Positions 34,731-43,838 are shown, counted from the stretch's first letter. The stretch: 64,000 nucleotides of DNA from an uncultured Spirochaetota bacterium (GCA_963796325.1 CAWCLF010000001.1:2523242-2587241); one strand, 5' to 3'. The notes: generated by a model not told the origin, from the sequence alone. A program made the numbers and translations.

Positions 34731-34786
34731 CCTTGAGCTAAAGCTCAAGGACTTCCCTTGAGCTAATCCTGAGCCTCCGGCTCAGG
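34731..34786. repeat. Cluster of perfect inverted repeats between umuC and the HD-GYP gene
   Basis: CCTTGAGCT (34731-39) / AGCTCAAGG (34742-50) / CCTTGAGCT (34756-64): the middle arm can pair with either flank. This is followed by CCTGAGCC (34768-75) / GGCTCAGG (34779-86). Confidence 0.6.
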
Positions 34787-34876
34787 GTAAGTTCTCAAGA
34801 CGATGTCTCACAGGAGCGCCCAAAAATCATAATTGGGAAAAAATTAAAAATCAATTAATGCAGTGAGAGGGGGCTT

Positions 34877-36163
34877 TCAAATTTTGATCCACAACAGCTC
34901 GTCCCAGTCGGTCGTGTAGCGGCGGGAAAGGTAGCTGCGCCTCATGGCCCACTGATCCGCCCTGCCCTTCCCGCCGATTGAAAGGGCCTGTCTTCCGAAA
35001 CGCGAGTTTATCCTGTCCACGGCCTTCATCAGGCTCGTTTCCTTATCGATCTTCGCGGTATCGCTGAAAAGGAGGCCTTCCCGCCGGGATTCCGGCACCA
35101 GTTCCGCAAAGACCACTCCTGTTTTCTTGTAACGGTAACCCTGCCTGTAAATCTTCCGAAGCAGGTCCACCGCCGTAGAAACCAGGTCGGGGGTATAGGA
35201 GGTGGGATCGGATAGCTTCCCGGTGATCGTATTGTTGTACTGTTTTTCGTTTTCTTTAAACCGGTTCGTAGCGATAAACACCTGCAATACCGATACGAGG
35301 GATTTCTGCCTCCGGAGCTTCAATGCAGCGCGTCCTGTGTAATCGGCGAGAGCTTCGGCAAGAGTATCGAAATCTTCGACGGGGGTTCCGAACGACCTCG
35401 AGGTAACTATCTGTTTCCTGTCCGCCCTGACCTTTTCGAGCGGAATGCATGATATGCCGCGGAGTTCCCAGACCGTCCGCAGGCCGACTATTCCGCCGAG
35501 GTTCTTCCTTACCCAGGCGTCGTCGAGGCGTGAAAGACCGAGGGCCGTTTTAATTCCCCTTTTCCTCAGCTTGGCCGCATTTTGAAAACCGATGCCCCAT
35601 ACGTCTTCGACGGCCGTATTCTGAAGGAAAGGGGAGGCGTCAGGCACCGATAAGAGATCGAGGACCCCTCCGAACTCCTTTCTTTTCTTGGCGAAACGGT
35701 TAGCAACCTTTGCCAGTGTTTTTGTCCCCGCTATCCCCACGGAAACCGGTATTCCGGTCCATTTTATTACGGTTCCCCTTATCAGGCGGCCGTAATCTCC
35801 GAATTTTGAAGTTATTCCGTCAAAGCGCATGAATGCTTCGTCTATCGAATAATATTCGACTTCGGGTGAAAATCCCCCGATCACGTCCATGACCCTCATG
35901 GACATGTCACCGTACAGCGAGTAATTTGACGAGAAAACCGCCACTCCCTTTGTTCTGACCAGGTTCTGCACCTGGAAAATCGGAGTGCCTATCTTTAAAC
36001 CAAGGGCCTTAGCCTCGTTCGACAGTGCGACGACGCATCCGTCGTTATTGGAGAGGACGACAACCGGCCTGTTTTTAAGTCCCGGGTTGAATACCCGCTC
36101 GCATGACGCATAAAAATTATTGCAGTCGACAAGTGCAAAAACCCTCTTCACGGTCCTATCCAT
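34877..36163 (-). CDS. umuC: Y-family translesion DNA polymerase (UmuC-type)
   Basis: I placed the start at [46 protein letters not shown] (ATG at 36163), which overlaps the upstream stop by 8 nt (ATGGATAG). The longer track ORF would overlap the SRAP gene. Confidence 0.9.
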   Translation of the reverse strand: MDRTVKRVFALVDCNNFYASCERVFNPGLKNRPVVVLSNNDGCVVALSNEAKALGLKIGTPIFQVQNLVRTKGVAVFSSNYSLYGDMSMRVMDVIGGFSPEVEYYSIDEAFMRFDGITSKFGDYGRLIRGTVIKWTGIPVSVGIAGTKTLAKVANRFAKKRKEFGGVLDLLSVPDASPFLQNTAVEDVWGIGFQNAAKLRKRGIKTALGLSRLDDAWVRKNLGGIVGLRTVWELRGISCIPLEKVRADRKQIVTSRSFGTPVEDFDTLAEALADYTGRAALKLRRQKSLVSVLQVFIATNRFKENEKQYNNTITGKLSDPTSYTPDLVSTAVDLLRKIYRQGYRYKKTGVVFAELVPESRREGLLFSDTAKIDKETSLMKAVDRINSRFGRQALSIGGKGRADQWAMRRSYLSRRYTTDWDELLWIKI

Positions 36164-36848
36164 TGGGAACCTGTCCTGTAATGTTCTGTTTTGTAAGAAA
36201 ATGTCCTGTTTTTTTAATACAGTCGGATTCTTTATATTTGGAAGAATTGCATCTTTCCGAAACCCGGTAAGCTTCCATCTCCTCCGAAGAAAAGGGAGCG
36301 AGCAATGAAAGGATCCTCTCCCTGTCGAAATGCCCGTTGTCGAGCCATTCCTCCCATAAGCTTCCCGGAAGGATAACAGGCATCCTGTCATGGATGAGCG
36401 ACATGAGTTCGTTCGCAGAAGTCGTTATAATGGCGCATGATCTTATTTCCATTTCACTGTTCCAGATGCCTGCGAACGCGAAGGGTTCGCCGTTCTTCAT
36501 TCGGAAAAAATAAGGGGTCTTTATATCCATGTCCCTTTTCCATTCGTAAAATCCGTCCGCAGGGATAAGGCACCTGTAACTTTCGAGGTTTTGTGCGAAT
36601 GTATCTTTTTTCCTGAGATTATCATCGCGTATGTTTATTAGCGAATATTTCCCCCCGGCAGACCATGGGGTGACAAGGCCCCAGCGCATCTGGATAAGCG
36701 ATCTATCATGCCCGCCTACCACGGTGTAAACGGTATCGGTCGGGGCCGCGTTATATAGGAGAGGCAGCTCCGGAGCACCGGGGCCTTTCCTGCCGATGCC
36801 GAATTTATCCGGTATCGACGGCGAAAACTGGGCAAACCGTCCGCACAT
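36156..36848 (-). CDS. SOS response-associated peptidase (SRAP/YedK family, abasic-site sensor)
   Basis: 230 aa with the N-terminal MCGRF catalytic Cys2 and SRAP-like core motifs ([20 protein letters not shown]...HDRMPVIL). Confidence 0.9.
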   Translation of the reverse strand: MCGRFAQFSPSIPDKFGIGRKGPGAPELPLLYNAAPTDTVYTVVGGHDRSLIQMRWGLVTPWSAGGKYSLINIRDDNLRKKDTFAQNLESYRCLIPADGFYEWKRDMDIKTPYFFRMKNGEPFAFAGIWNSEMEIRSCAIITTSANELMSLIHDRMPVILPGSLWEEWLDNGHFDRERILSLLAPFSSEEMEAYRVSERCNSSKYKESDCIKKTGHFLTKQNITGQVPNG

Positions 36849-36860
36849 AAATCTTTCCCC

Positions 36861-37340
36861 TTACACCGGGTCCTTCAGGATCTTCGTCACCACGCCCCAT
36901 ATCTCGAATTCCATTTCCTCTTTAATCTCGATCTCGGTGTATTTTTCGTTTTCAGGAACCAGGTAATACTTTCCATTCCTGATAACCAGCCTTTTTACAG
37001 TGAATTCACCGTTCAAAACGGCAACTATAATACTGAAATTCGCCGCATTCAGACTCCTGTCCACTATCAGCATGTCTCCGGTGTCGATGCCTGCCCGTAT
37101 CATCGAGTCGCCCATTACCCTGACAAAAAAAGTTGCTGAAGGATGGCTTATGAGATATTCGTTCAGATCCAGCCTCGATTCTATGTAATCTTCAGCAGGC
37201 GAAGGAAATCCGGCGGAAATTTTTGTCTGGTAAAGGGGAAGCTCCACCATCGACGCCGCTCCGGCCGCATATATTGCGGATATATTCTCGGCATTGATCT
37301 TTTTCCCCGCGGCTTTAGCACCTTTCATAACAGGAAACAT
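36861..37340 (-). CDS. umuD: S24 LexA-like peptidase, UmuD-type
   Basis: Ala-Gly cleavage context KISAGFPSPAEDY, Ser nucleophile GDSM, Lys in FTVKRL. The start is ambiguous (TTG 37355, ATG 37340 or ATG 37328). Confidence 0.85.
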   Translation of the reverse strand: MFPVMKGAKAAGKKINAENISAIYAAGAASMVELPLYQTKISAGFPSPAEDYIESRLDLNEYLISHPSATFFVRVMGDSMIRAGIDTGDMLIVDRSLNAANFSIIVAVLNGEFTVKRLVIRNGKYYLVPENEKYTEIEIKEEMEFEIWGVVTKILKDPV

Positions 37341-37362
37341 CCCCCTGTAAAACAAAAATATA

Positions 37363-37396
37363 TACTATATTGTAATCAATTTCATCAATATGTCAA
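37363..37396 (-). promoter_or_regulatory. Promoter of the umuD-SRAP-umuC operon with an overlapping near-palindrome (candidate SOS operator)
   Basis: On the minus strand: TTGACA (complement of 37391-96), 16-nt spacer, TACAAT (complement of 37369-74). TACAATATAGTA (complement of 37363-74) is a TAC-N6-GTA near-palindrome covering the -10. Confidence 0.4.
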
Positions 37397-37428
37397 AATA
37401 AGATTTCAGGGCCGTCCATCGCGACTCA

Positions 37429-37457
37429 TTGACTTAATTGCATCCGGATTTTAAAAT
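37429..37457 (+). promoter_or_regulatory. Promoter placed so that the downstream LuxR-fusion mRNA would be essentially leaderless
   Basis: TTGACT (37429-34), 17-nt spacer, TAAAAT (37452-57). Only 6 nt (TATGCA) separate the -10 from the ATG at 37464, and there is no Shine-Dalgarno sequence. Confidence 0.4.
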
Positions 37458-37463
37458 TATGCA

Positions 37464-38417
37464 ATGAATCAGGTGTTTATTTTATTTTCAATAATTTCCT
37501 ACTGCATAGGTTTTATTGCGCTTGTCCTTTCGATTGCTTTTTATTATAAATGGAAAAATAAATTATTCCTTTATCTATTCATACTTGAAGCATCGCTGAC
37601 TTTAATGCTTTTCGAAGGGACGGTCCAGGCCTATTTTTCGGAAAAGAACATAGATTTATTCATAGATCTTTTTTTGATCAATTTCGATACCCTGGGCTGT
37701 ATCGGAATTATATTTTCAGCGCCTGCGATATATTACAATTTATCCGGGCGTGACGGCGCAGGTTTTACCCGGTTTATTTTCAATGGCATGGCCCTGCTGT
37801 TAATCATAATCATCCCTGTGCTCTTCACCCTGCAGCCCTTTCTGTTCACCCCCAATATCCTGAAAGATATCCTGTATTCGCTGTCAAAGACTGCTGATGT
37901 GATAGCCCTTTTCACATTCATGCTCTTTTCGATATCGATGCTTTTTAAACTCGGGACTATCGAAAACGAGTCCGTGCGCAAATATGTCAGGGCGATCATC
38001 ATACTCTTTTATATTTTATTTCCGGGCCTTTTCATCGACTCTTTCCCGGCATTGTACAGGGCTGTATATGTTGAGAAACTTCACCTGCCTGAAGGTTTCG
38101 CGGCTTCATCAATAATTTATTTTTTCGGGAACCTCGTCTCATTATTCTATTTCAGAAAATTCATCATTTCAAGGTTCGGGATAAAGGACGAACATTATAT
38201 TCCCGATTCTTTTGTAAGGAATTTCGGCATAACGGACCGTGAAAAGGAAATAATCCTTTTCCTGCTCAAGAATTACAATTACAACGAAATCAGCGTCAAT
38301 CTGCTGATATCGAAGAGGACGGTCGAAAAGCATATTCATAACATATATAAGAAGATAAATATCAATAACAGGGACAAGCTCCTTTTACTCCTGAAAACGG
38401 ACAATGCCCATCATTAA
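37464..38417 (+). CDS. Polytopic membrane protein fused to a C-terminal LuxR/GerE-type HTH (third paralogue)
   Basis: 317 aa with the same architecture as 7754-9612. HTH: ITDREKEIILFLLKNYNYNEISVNLLISKRTVEKHIHNIYKKININNRDKL. Confidence 0.7.
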   Translation: MNQVFILFSIISYCIGFIALVLSIAFYYKWKNKLFLYLFILEASLTLMLFEGTVQAYFSEKNIDLFIDLFLINFDTLGCIGIIFSAPAIYYNLSGRDGAGFTRFIFNGMALLLIIIIPVLFTLQPFLFTPNILKDILYSLSKTADVIALFTFMLFSISMLFKLGTIENESVRKYVRAIIILFYILFPGLFIDSFPALYRAVYVEKLHLPEGFAASSIIYFFGNLVSLFYFRKFIISRFGIKDEHYIPDSFVRNFGITDREKEIILFLLKNYNYNEISVNLLISKRTVEKHIHNIYKKININNRDKLLLLLKTDNAHH

Positions 38418-38620
38418 CCCCGATACGGCGGCGGAAACAGGGTTGACTCTTTATAAAAATATGATTATTTTAATTCATTCGGCCGGAGGGATCATATACC
38501 GTTTTTTCTATGATTATCGCAGGCGGCAGGGTTATTCCCCGGCAGTAAAAATCCTTGGAAAATTTAAAAATAATCCGGGATGGTATTATAATAACTTTTG
38601 ATTGAATTTATGGAGGTATT

Positions 38621-39712
38621 ATGAATGCTTTTAGAAAATTAATTTTCATTTCGGCTTTTATTCCGATTCTCGCCGGGTGCGGCATGACGGTTGTTAAAAG
38701 CGACGATCTGACGAAGCTCCAGACAGATTATTCAAACCAGATATCTCAAATACAGGGGCTCCAGGGCGACCTCCAGCTGCAGAAAGAACAGAACAGCTCC
38801 CTGTCAACCGAGAACGCAGACCTTAAAAACCTGGTCAATACGACGAAGGGTAAACTCGGAAGCCAGATCGAAACTATGAAATCGGACAACAGCAATCTCA
38901 CAATGGAAAACCAGAATCTGCAGAAGGACCTCCTCCTTCAGAAAAGCCAGGTATCGAGCCTGCAGGATGCGAGGGACGCACTGCAGAAACAGGTAGATTC
39001 GATTTCCTCGGAATTGACCAATCTGAAAAATACCGTGGATTCGACCAAAGGCAGCCTGGGAAGCCAGATCGAAAGCCTGAAAGCGGAGATTAAGAAAAGG
39101 GACGACTCCCTTCTTTCGCTTACACAGGATATTTCCAACAAGGACAATGAAATCGCTTCATTGAGGCATGATATCAAGGATATTTCCGCCGAAAAGGACA
39201 AGCTGCTCACGGAAAAGGACATCGAGATGTCCAACCTTGCTATGACGTCGAGCAACCTTATAAAGCAGATGCAGTCTGAGATCAACACCGGCGACCTTAA
39301 AATCCAGCAGCTGGGCGACGAACTCAATATCGATTTCAAGGATAAGATCTTCTTCGACCTGGGCAGCGCGGATATCAAGCCGAACGGGAAGAAGGCGCTG
39401 AACGATCTTGTGAACGTACTTAAAAACATAAAGGACAAGCAGATAAGAGTTGAAGGTTATACGGACAACGTCCCTATCTCCGACCAGTACCGCTGGAAAT
39501 TCCCGTCGAACTGGGAACTTTCGACATTAAGGGCGACTACTATCGTCCGCTACCTCCAGTCCAGGGGGATAGATCCGGCACTTATGAAAGCCACGGGATA
39601 CGGCGAATTCAACCCGATTGTTCCCAACGATAATGAGGCGGACAGGGCTCAGAACAGGAGGATTGTAATCCTCCTTGTCCCTCTCGATGTAAGGGCGCGG
39701 TTCAGAAAATAA
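38621..39712 (+). CDS. OmpA-family lipoprotein with a long coiled-coil region
   Basis: Lipobox PILAGCG and a Q/L/S-rich coiled coil with an internal repeat (NLVNTTKGKLGSQIETMKSDN / NLKNTVDSTKGSLGSQIESLKAE). C-terminal OmpA domain: RVEGYTDNVPI...WELSTLRATTIVRYL...NRRIVILL. Confidence 0.85.
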   Translation: MNAFRKLIFISAFIPILAGCGMTVVKSDDLTKLQTDYSNQISQIQGLQGDLQLQKEQNSSLSTENADLKNLVNTTKGKLGSQIETMKSDNSNLTMENQNLQKDLLLQKSQVSSLQDARDALQKQVDSISSELTNLKNTVDSTKGSLGSQIESLKAEIKKRDDSLLSLTQDISNKDNEIASLRHDIKDISAEKDKLLTEKDIEMSNLAMTSSNLIKQMQSEINTGDLKIQQLGDELNIDFKDKIFFDLGSADIKPNGKKALNDLVNVLKNIKDKQIRVEGYTDNVPISDQYRWKFPSNWELSTLRATTIVRYLQSRGIDPALMKATGYGEFNPIVPNDNEADRAQNRRIVILLVPLDVRARFRK

Positions 39713-39721
39713 TCCGGGCTA

Positions 39722-39749
39722 AGCCGGCATTCATTGACGACTGCCGGCT
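39722..39749. terminator. Hairpin between convergent genes (possible bidirectional terminator)
   Basis: AGCCGGC (39722-28) and GCCGGCT (39743-49) form a 7-bp stem with a 14-nt loop. No clear T-tract on either side. Confidence 0.3.
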
Positions 39750-39758
39750 TGGGCTCTA

Positions 39759-40514
39759 TTAATGGTCTTTCTGTTTAACATGACCGCTGTTATGCCCGCT
39801 ATTATGTCCGCTTTCATGAGCCGGATTATTCTCCCTGGGAGCCACCTTGTTATTCTCTCTTGAATTTTCAACTCTGTTATTCGGACCGGGTCTTACATAA
39901 GAATTCCTGTTCCATCCATGGCTCCCCCAATAATGCGTCCTGTCCCATTCCTGCCAGTGTGTTCTCACGTCCCCGTAACCTACCCTGGGCCCGTTGACGA
40001 CGCCTTCCCTCCATCTTCCGGGAAGATGCGTGACATTGTAGGGTACGTACCCGGGATTGATAACTACCCAGCCGTTATTGTATATTGTAGACCTGTACCA
40101 GTACCCATGCCATGGCCTCCACCAGAATCCGCCGTAATAAAAGCAGTCGTATCCGTCATAAGTATAATAGTAGACATAAGTGTTGGGTATTACCACTACG
40201 TCCGGTTCGGCCGCTATGACTGTCGTCGTGGTATCGGCGATTACCGGTGCGTCCGTAACTACGCTCGCCGTGGAAGATGAAGAGGTCAGATCGATCTGGT
40301 CTCCCGACTCGGCGTCGAAAGCCGACTTTATGTCGCCCATCTTGATCGTGATAGACTGTCCGTTCGTGTCCTCGATATAAACTTCTTCCGTGGTTTTACC
40401 GAGCAGGTTGCCCTTTATTACGGAACCGTCGTTCAATATAACATTCACGTCCTTTGCATGTACAAGAGCAAAGGCAAAGAAAGCAAGTATCAAAGCCAGG
40501 AAAACTTTCTTCAT
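39759..40514 (-). CDS. Secreted aromatic-rich (W/Y/G) repeat protein with a His/Asn-rich tail
   Basis: Signal peptide MKKVFLALILAFFAFALVHA. Core sequence YYYTYDGYDCFYYGGFWWRPWHGYWYRS. Tail ESGHNSGHNSGHVKQKDH. RBS GGGAGG. Confidence 0.55.
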   Translation of the reverse strand: MKKVFLALILAFFAFALVHAKDVNVILNDGSVIKGNLLGKTTEEVYIEDTNGQSITIKMGDIKSAFDAESGDQIDLTSSSSTASVVTDAPVIADTTTTVIAAEPDVVVIPNTYVYYYTYDGYDCFYYGGFWWRPWHGYWYRSTIYNNGWVVINPGYVPYNVTHLPGRWREGVVNGPRVGYGDVRTHWQEWDRTHYWGSHGWNRNSYVRPGPNNRVENSRENNKVAPRENNPAHESGHNSGHNSGHVKQKDH

Positions 40515-40843
40515 AATTCCTCCCTTATTGAATATTCTTTATTGAAGAATTCATATATTTAGTATACATATGATAACGATAAATTTCAAGCTGTAAAAGA
40601 CATGACCGCCGGTAATATTCGGATTTTTCCATTGTCATATGTATTAAGGATAAATTTTTGCCGAAAGATCCGTAATTCAGTAAAAATCTTTCGAGGTTTA
40701 AACGTTCCGAATGCAAATTCAGGGAAAATATATTAAAATAAGCAATACTCTGCAAGTATGCAGGGTATTCTTGAGTTATTGGAACCGCCCGTATACAATT
40801 TAACAGTTCGTTCCGGACCTCTTCAAACAAAAGGCGGGAAACG

Positions 40844-41743
40844 ATGAACGATCTTTATTTATTCAAGAATTCCGAAGGAAAACAAAGATATTACCGCATA
40901 TACGATGAAACCCTTAAGAACTGGCCTGTTCCCTTCAAAGAACATTACGTCGATACTTCATTCGGCGATACATATGTAATCGAATGCGGAAAAAAAGACG
41001 GCGAGCCCGCCGTATTCATGCATGGACTTATGGACAGCTCCGCAAGCTGGATCGAAAACGTGAAGGAGATCGGCTCTAAATACAGGCTGATACTGATAGA
41101 CAGCATAATCGACACCGGTAAAAGCAGGCCGGAAAAGCTGCCGTCAGGCATTAAAGAACTTACCCGCTGGTTTAAGAAAGTAATCGACAGGCTTTATTTA
41201 CGGAATATCCATCTTATCGGGCATTCGTACGGGGGCTTTATTTCCTTTAAAGTAGCATGCGCCCTCCCCGAAAGGATCGGCAAACTCGTTCTCCTGGCAC
41301 CCGCCGGAGTTTTCGGCAATTTCAGCATTAAATATCTCCTGAAAAGCGGTTTATCGAACTTCCTCTTTCCCGGCGAAAGCTCGATCGATAAAATAATAGA
41401 ACTTTCCGTCGCGCCGTCAAACCGCTGTCTTGTCAGCCATCCGGTCATGAGGCAATCCAAGGCGGCCGCAGTAAACTCGAGATGGTATCTTCCTGTCCTG
41501 CCTGTATTTACAGGAGCAGGAAAATTAAAAAAATACCGGAAACCTGTTTTGCTGTTAGCCGGAGAATTCGACTGGCTTTTCAATATAAGAAATATAGTCC
41601 GGAACGCGGAAAAGTACATGCCGGGCATCCGGATTTTTATTATTAAAGACGCCGGGCATATGCTTCATCTTGAAAAAAGCGGAGAAGTAAACGATAATAT
41701 ACTGAAATTTCTGGAAAGTGGTCCTGCGACTTCCGACTGTTGA
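40844..41743 (+). CDS. Alpha/beta-fold hydrolase
   Basis: 299 aa with HGLMDS (oxyanion region), nucleophile elbow GHSYGG, and a C-terminal DAGHML histidine motif. Confidence 0.75.
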   Translation: MNDLYLFKNSEGKQRYYRIYDETLKNWPVPFKEHYVDTSFGDTYVIECGKKDGEPAVFMHGLMDSSASWIENVKEIGSKYRLILIDSIIDTGKSRPEKLPSGIKELTRWFKKVIDRLYLRNIHLIGHSYGGFISFKVACALPERIGKLVLLAPAGVFGNFSIKYLLKSGLSNFLFPGESSIDKIIELSVAPSNRCLVSHPVMRQSKAAAVNSRWYLPVLPVFTGAGKLKKYRKPVLLLAGEFDWLFNIRNIVRNAEKYMPGIRIFIIKDAGHMLHLEKSGEVNDNILKFLESGPATSDC

Positions 41744-41773
41744 CTGTTGACTGTTGACTGTTGACTGCCGACT
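41728..41773 (+). repeat. Heptanucleotide tandem repeat (GACTGTT)n spanning the hydrolase stop codon
   Basis: Four perfect GACTGTT units (41735-41762) are flanked by degenerate units GACTTCC (41728-34) and GACTGCC (41763-69). Each unit junction creates TTGACT. Confidence 0.9.
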
Positions 41774-41791
41774 AAATAAGGGGGGTGTAAA

Positions 41792-42712
41792 ATGGTAAAA
41801 AAAATTAAGGCCGCAAACGGCGAATTGACCGTTCCCTCGATCGCATTGGGCTGCATGAGGATCACGGGGATTACCGGGAAGGAAGCCTCATGCCTTGTCA
41901 ACACTGCGATAGATGAAGGAATCAATTTTTTCGACCATGCCGACGTTTACAGCGACGGTAAATGTGAAGAGGTTTTTGCACAGGCCGTTAAAATGACGCC
42001 GTCGGTGCGCGAAAAACTCGTACTGCAGACAAAATGCGGCATAAGGAAAGGATCGTACGATTTCTCGAAAGAGCACATCCTTGAAGCTGTCGGCGGCAGC
42101 CTGAAACGTTTGAAAACAGACTATATCGACATCCTGCTTCTTCACCGCCCGGACACGCTTGTCGAACCCGAGGAAGTGGCTGAAGCCTTTACCATGCTCC
42201 ATTCCGCCGGGAAAGTGAGATATTTCGGCGTCAGCAATCATAATCCGATGCAGATCGAGCTTCTGGCCGGGTATCTGAACCATAAAATAATGTTCAATCA
42301 GCTCCAGCTCAGCATTACGAACACCGGGATGATCGATTCCGGGCTCAATGTAAACATGCAGATCGACCGTTCCGTCGACAGGGACGGCAGCATCCTGGAA
42401 TACTGCCGTTTGAAAAATATAACCATACAGGCATGGTCGCCCTTTCAGTACGGATTTTTCGAAGGAGTATTTCTGGGCAGCAGCAAGTTCCCGGAATTAA
42501 ACAAAAAGATCGATAAAATCTCTAAATTGAAGGGAGTGCATGCTGAGGCCGTAGCGATCGCATGGATACTCAGGCATCCCGCCGGGATGCAGGCCATAGT
42601 CGGCACGACAAATGCGTCGAGGCTTAAGAATATCGCAAAGGCTTCGGATATATCATTGTCACGGCAGGAATGGTATGAAATCTACCTCGCGGCCGGCAAC
42701 AGCCTCCCTTAG
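41792..42712 (+). CDS. Aldo/keto reductase
   Basis: 306 aa: LGCMRI, FFDHADVYSDGKCEE (catalytic D/Y), LQTKCG (K), DILLLHRPD (H), GVSNH. Confidence 0.85.
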   Translation: MVKKIKAANGELTVPSIALGCMRITGITGKEASCLVNTAIDEGINFFDHADVYSDGKCEEVFAQAVKMTPSVREKLVLQTKCGIRKGSYDFSKEHILEAVGGSLKRLKTDYIDILLLHRPDTLVEPEEVAEAFTMLHSAGKVRYFGVSNHNPMQIELLAGYLNHKIMFNQLQLSITNTGMIDSGLNVNMQIDRSVDRDGSILEYCRLKNITIQAWSPFQYGFFEGVFLGSSKFPELNKKIDKISKLKGVHAEAVAIAWILRHPAGMQAIVGTTNASRLKNIAKASDISLSRQEWYEIYLAAGNSLP

Positions 42713-42717
42713 CCTTT

Positions 42718-42939
42718 CTATAACTTGAGCAGTTCGAGAACCTTATAAATAACAACGACGGGCCATACGAGCGCTTCGAGAAAACCGGCTACCCCGCCCC
42801 AGAATCCCGCTGCATGCTGAATGAAGTAAATTGCGGCCCCGATAATGGTAAGGAAATATACCCCTCCGAAAGCTCCGTTATGCATTCCCTTGCCATGATG
42901 ATAATGATGCTGCATCTCGGGTTTGTTTTCATTTTCCAT
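42718..42939 (-). CDS. Small membrane protein with a His-rich N-terminus
   Basis: 73 aa: MENENKPEMQHHYHHGKGMHNG followed by two hydrophobic helices. RBS GGGAGGAAT. Confidence 0.5.
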   Translation of the reverse strand: MENENKPEMQHHYHHGKGMHNGAFGGVYFLTIIGAAIYFIQHAAGFWGGVAGFLEALVWPVVVIYKVLELLKL

Positions 42940-43091
42940 TCTATTCCTCCCTCATGTAAATTTTACATTTTCTCAATTATGATTAAGAGTTGATTATAAC
43001 CTTCATTTATGACGGTAAGCAAGCTTTTTTATTTCTTTAATTAAAGAATAATAAATATTGGAACACAATTGCAAATTTTCCGGCAGGAAAT

Positions 43092-43646
43092 TCAGTCGAT
43101 TATTTCTGAAATGCTCTGCGCCAGCTTTTCAAGCATAGCTTCAGTCCTGCCTTCAAAACCGGGGGAACTGAAACCCCATTTATTTTTTGACTTTATGTTT
43201 ATATTTGTAGCGAATATCTCATCGCCGGTCAAACCGTCAATAAAATGAACACCTATATCCATGGAGTCATGAATTGTAAAACCTTTTTCTCCCCCGTTTT
43301 TCGTGGCGTTATGCAAAATATCCTTAAATTGAATGACAAGCCCTTTTTTTGGAGCTTCCTCATCCATTTTTTTTGCAGATGTGATCTTTTTGTCCGATAT
43401 CTCTTCCCTTAAATCCCCGGGAAAAGCATTACGGTTTACGTCTTTGATAAATCTTTCGAGTTCTTCCTTGCTGTCGTAACCATAATCCTGATAATTGTCA
43501 ATATCCGCGCTTAAATCGATCCATCCGGAATATATTTCCCTGTATTTATCAAGCCTGGCAGAAAGGGTCGGTTTTTCTTCGCTCCCGCAGCTGCAGAAAA
43601 TTAAGGCGGATGCAGCAATAATAGATATAATGAATAAATGCCTCAT
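43092..43646 (-). CDS. Lipoprotein of unknown function
   Basis: 184 aa, lipobox LIFCSCG. Confidence 0.55.
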   Translation of the reverse strand: MRHLFIISIIAASALIFCSCGSEEKPTLSARLDKYREIYSGWIDLSADIDNYQDYGYDSKEELERFIKDVNRNAFPGDLREEISDKKITSAKKMDEEAPKKGLVIQFKDILHNATKNGGEKGFTIHDSMDIGVHFIDGLTGDEIFATNINIKSKNKWGFSSPGFEGRTEAMLEKLAQSISEIID

Positions 43647-43838
43647 ACGGCTTTCCTCACTTGGGAAAATAAAAAATTTATTGAAAATATTGTATCAGCG
43701 GACCTTTGCATAGTCAAATATCGATGAATTTTCAATATTGCCCATATCCTGAAATTGAGGGTGGCGGGAGCGGCCCGTTACTTGACAATTGAAAGAGCGG
43801 CGTATATATTTTTTATTAATAAATTCGGGAGGCCGGCG

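Noticed and set aside
36164-36391. The N-terminal 76-codon extension of the umuC ORF given in the track (start at 36391).
   Set aside because: The extension overlaps the 3' third of the SRAP gene in another frame and has no similarity to Y-family polymerases. The conserved polymerase N-terminus ([14 protein letters not shown]) begins right after the internal ATG at 36163, which overlaps the SRAP stop in a typical coupling arrangement.
40525-40830. A 101-aa minus-strand ORF just upstream of the aromatic-repeat protein gene.
   Set aside because: It lies in a 330-bp AT-rich promoter-like spacer. Its composition is dominated by AT-rich codons (N, I, Y, K, L), it has no RBS, and its stop abuts the RBS of the next gene. 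It is more likely non-coding.
41728-41773. Treating the tandem repeats as a CRISPR array or part of one.
   Set aside because: The units are 7 bp with no spacers, the array is under 50 bp, and no cas genes are present. It is a simple microsatellite.
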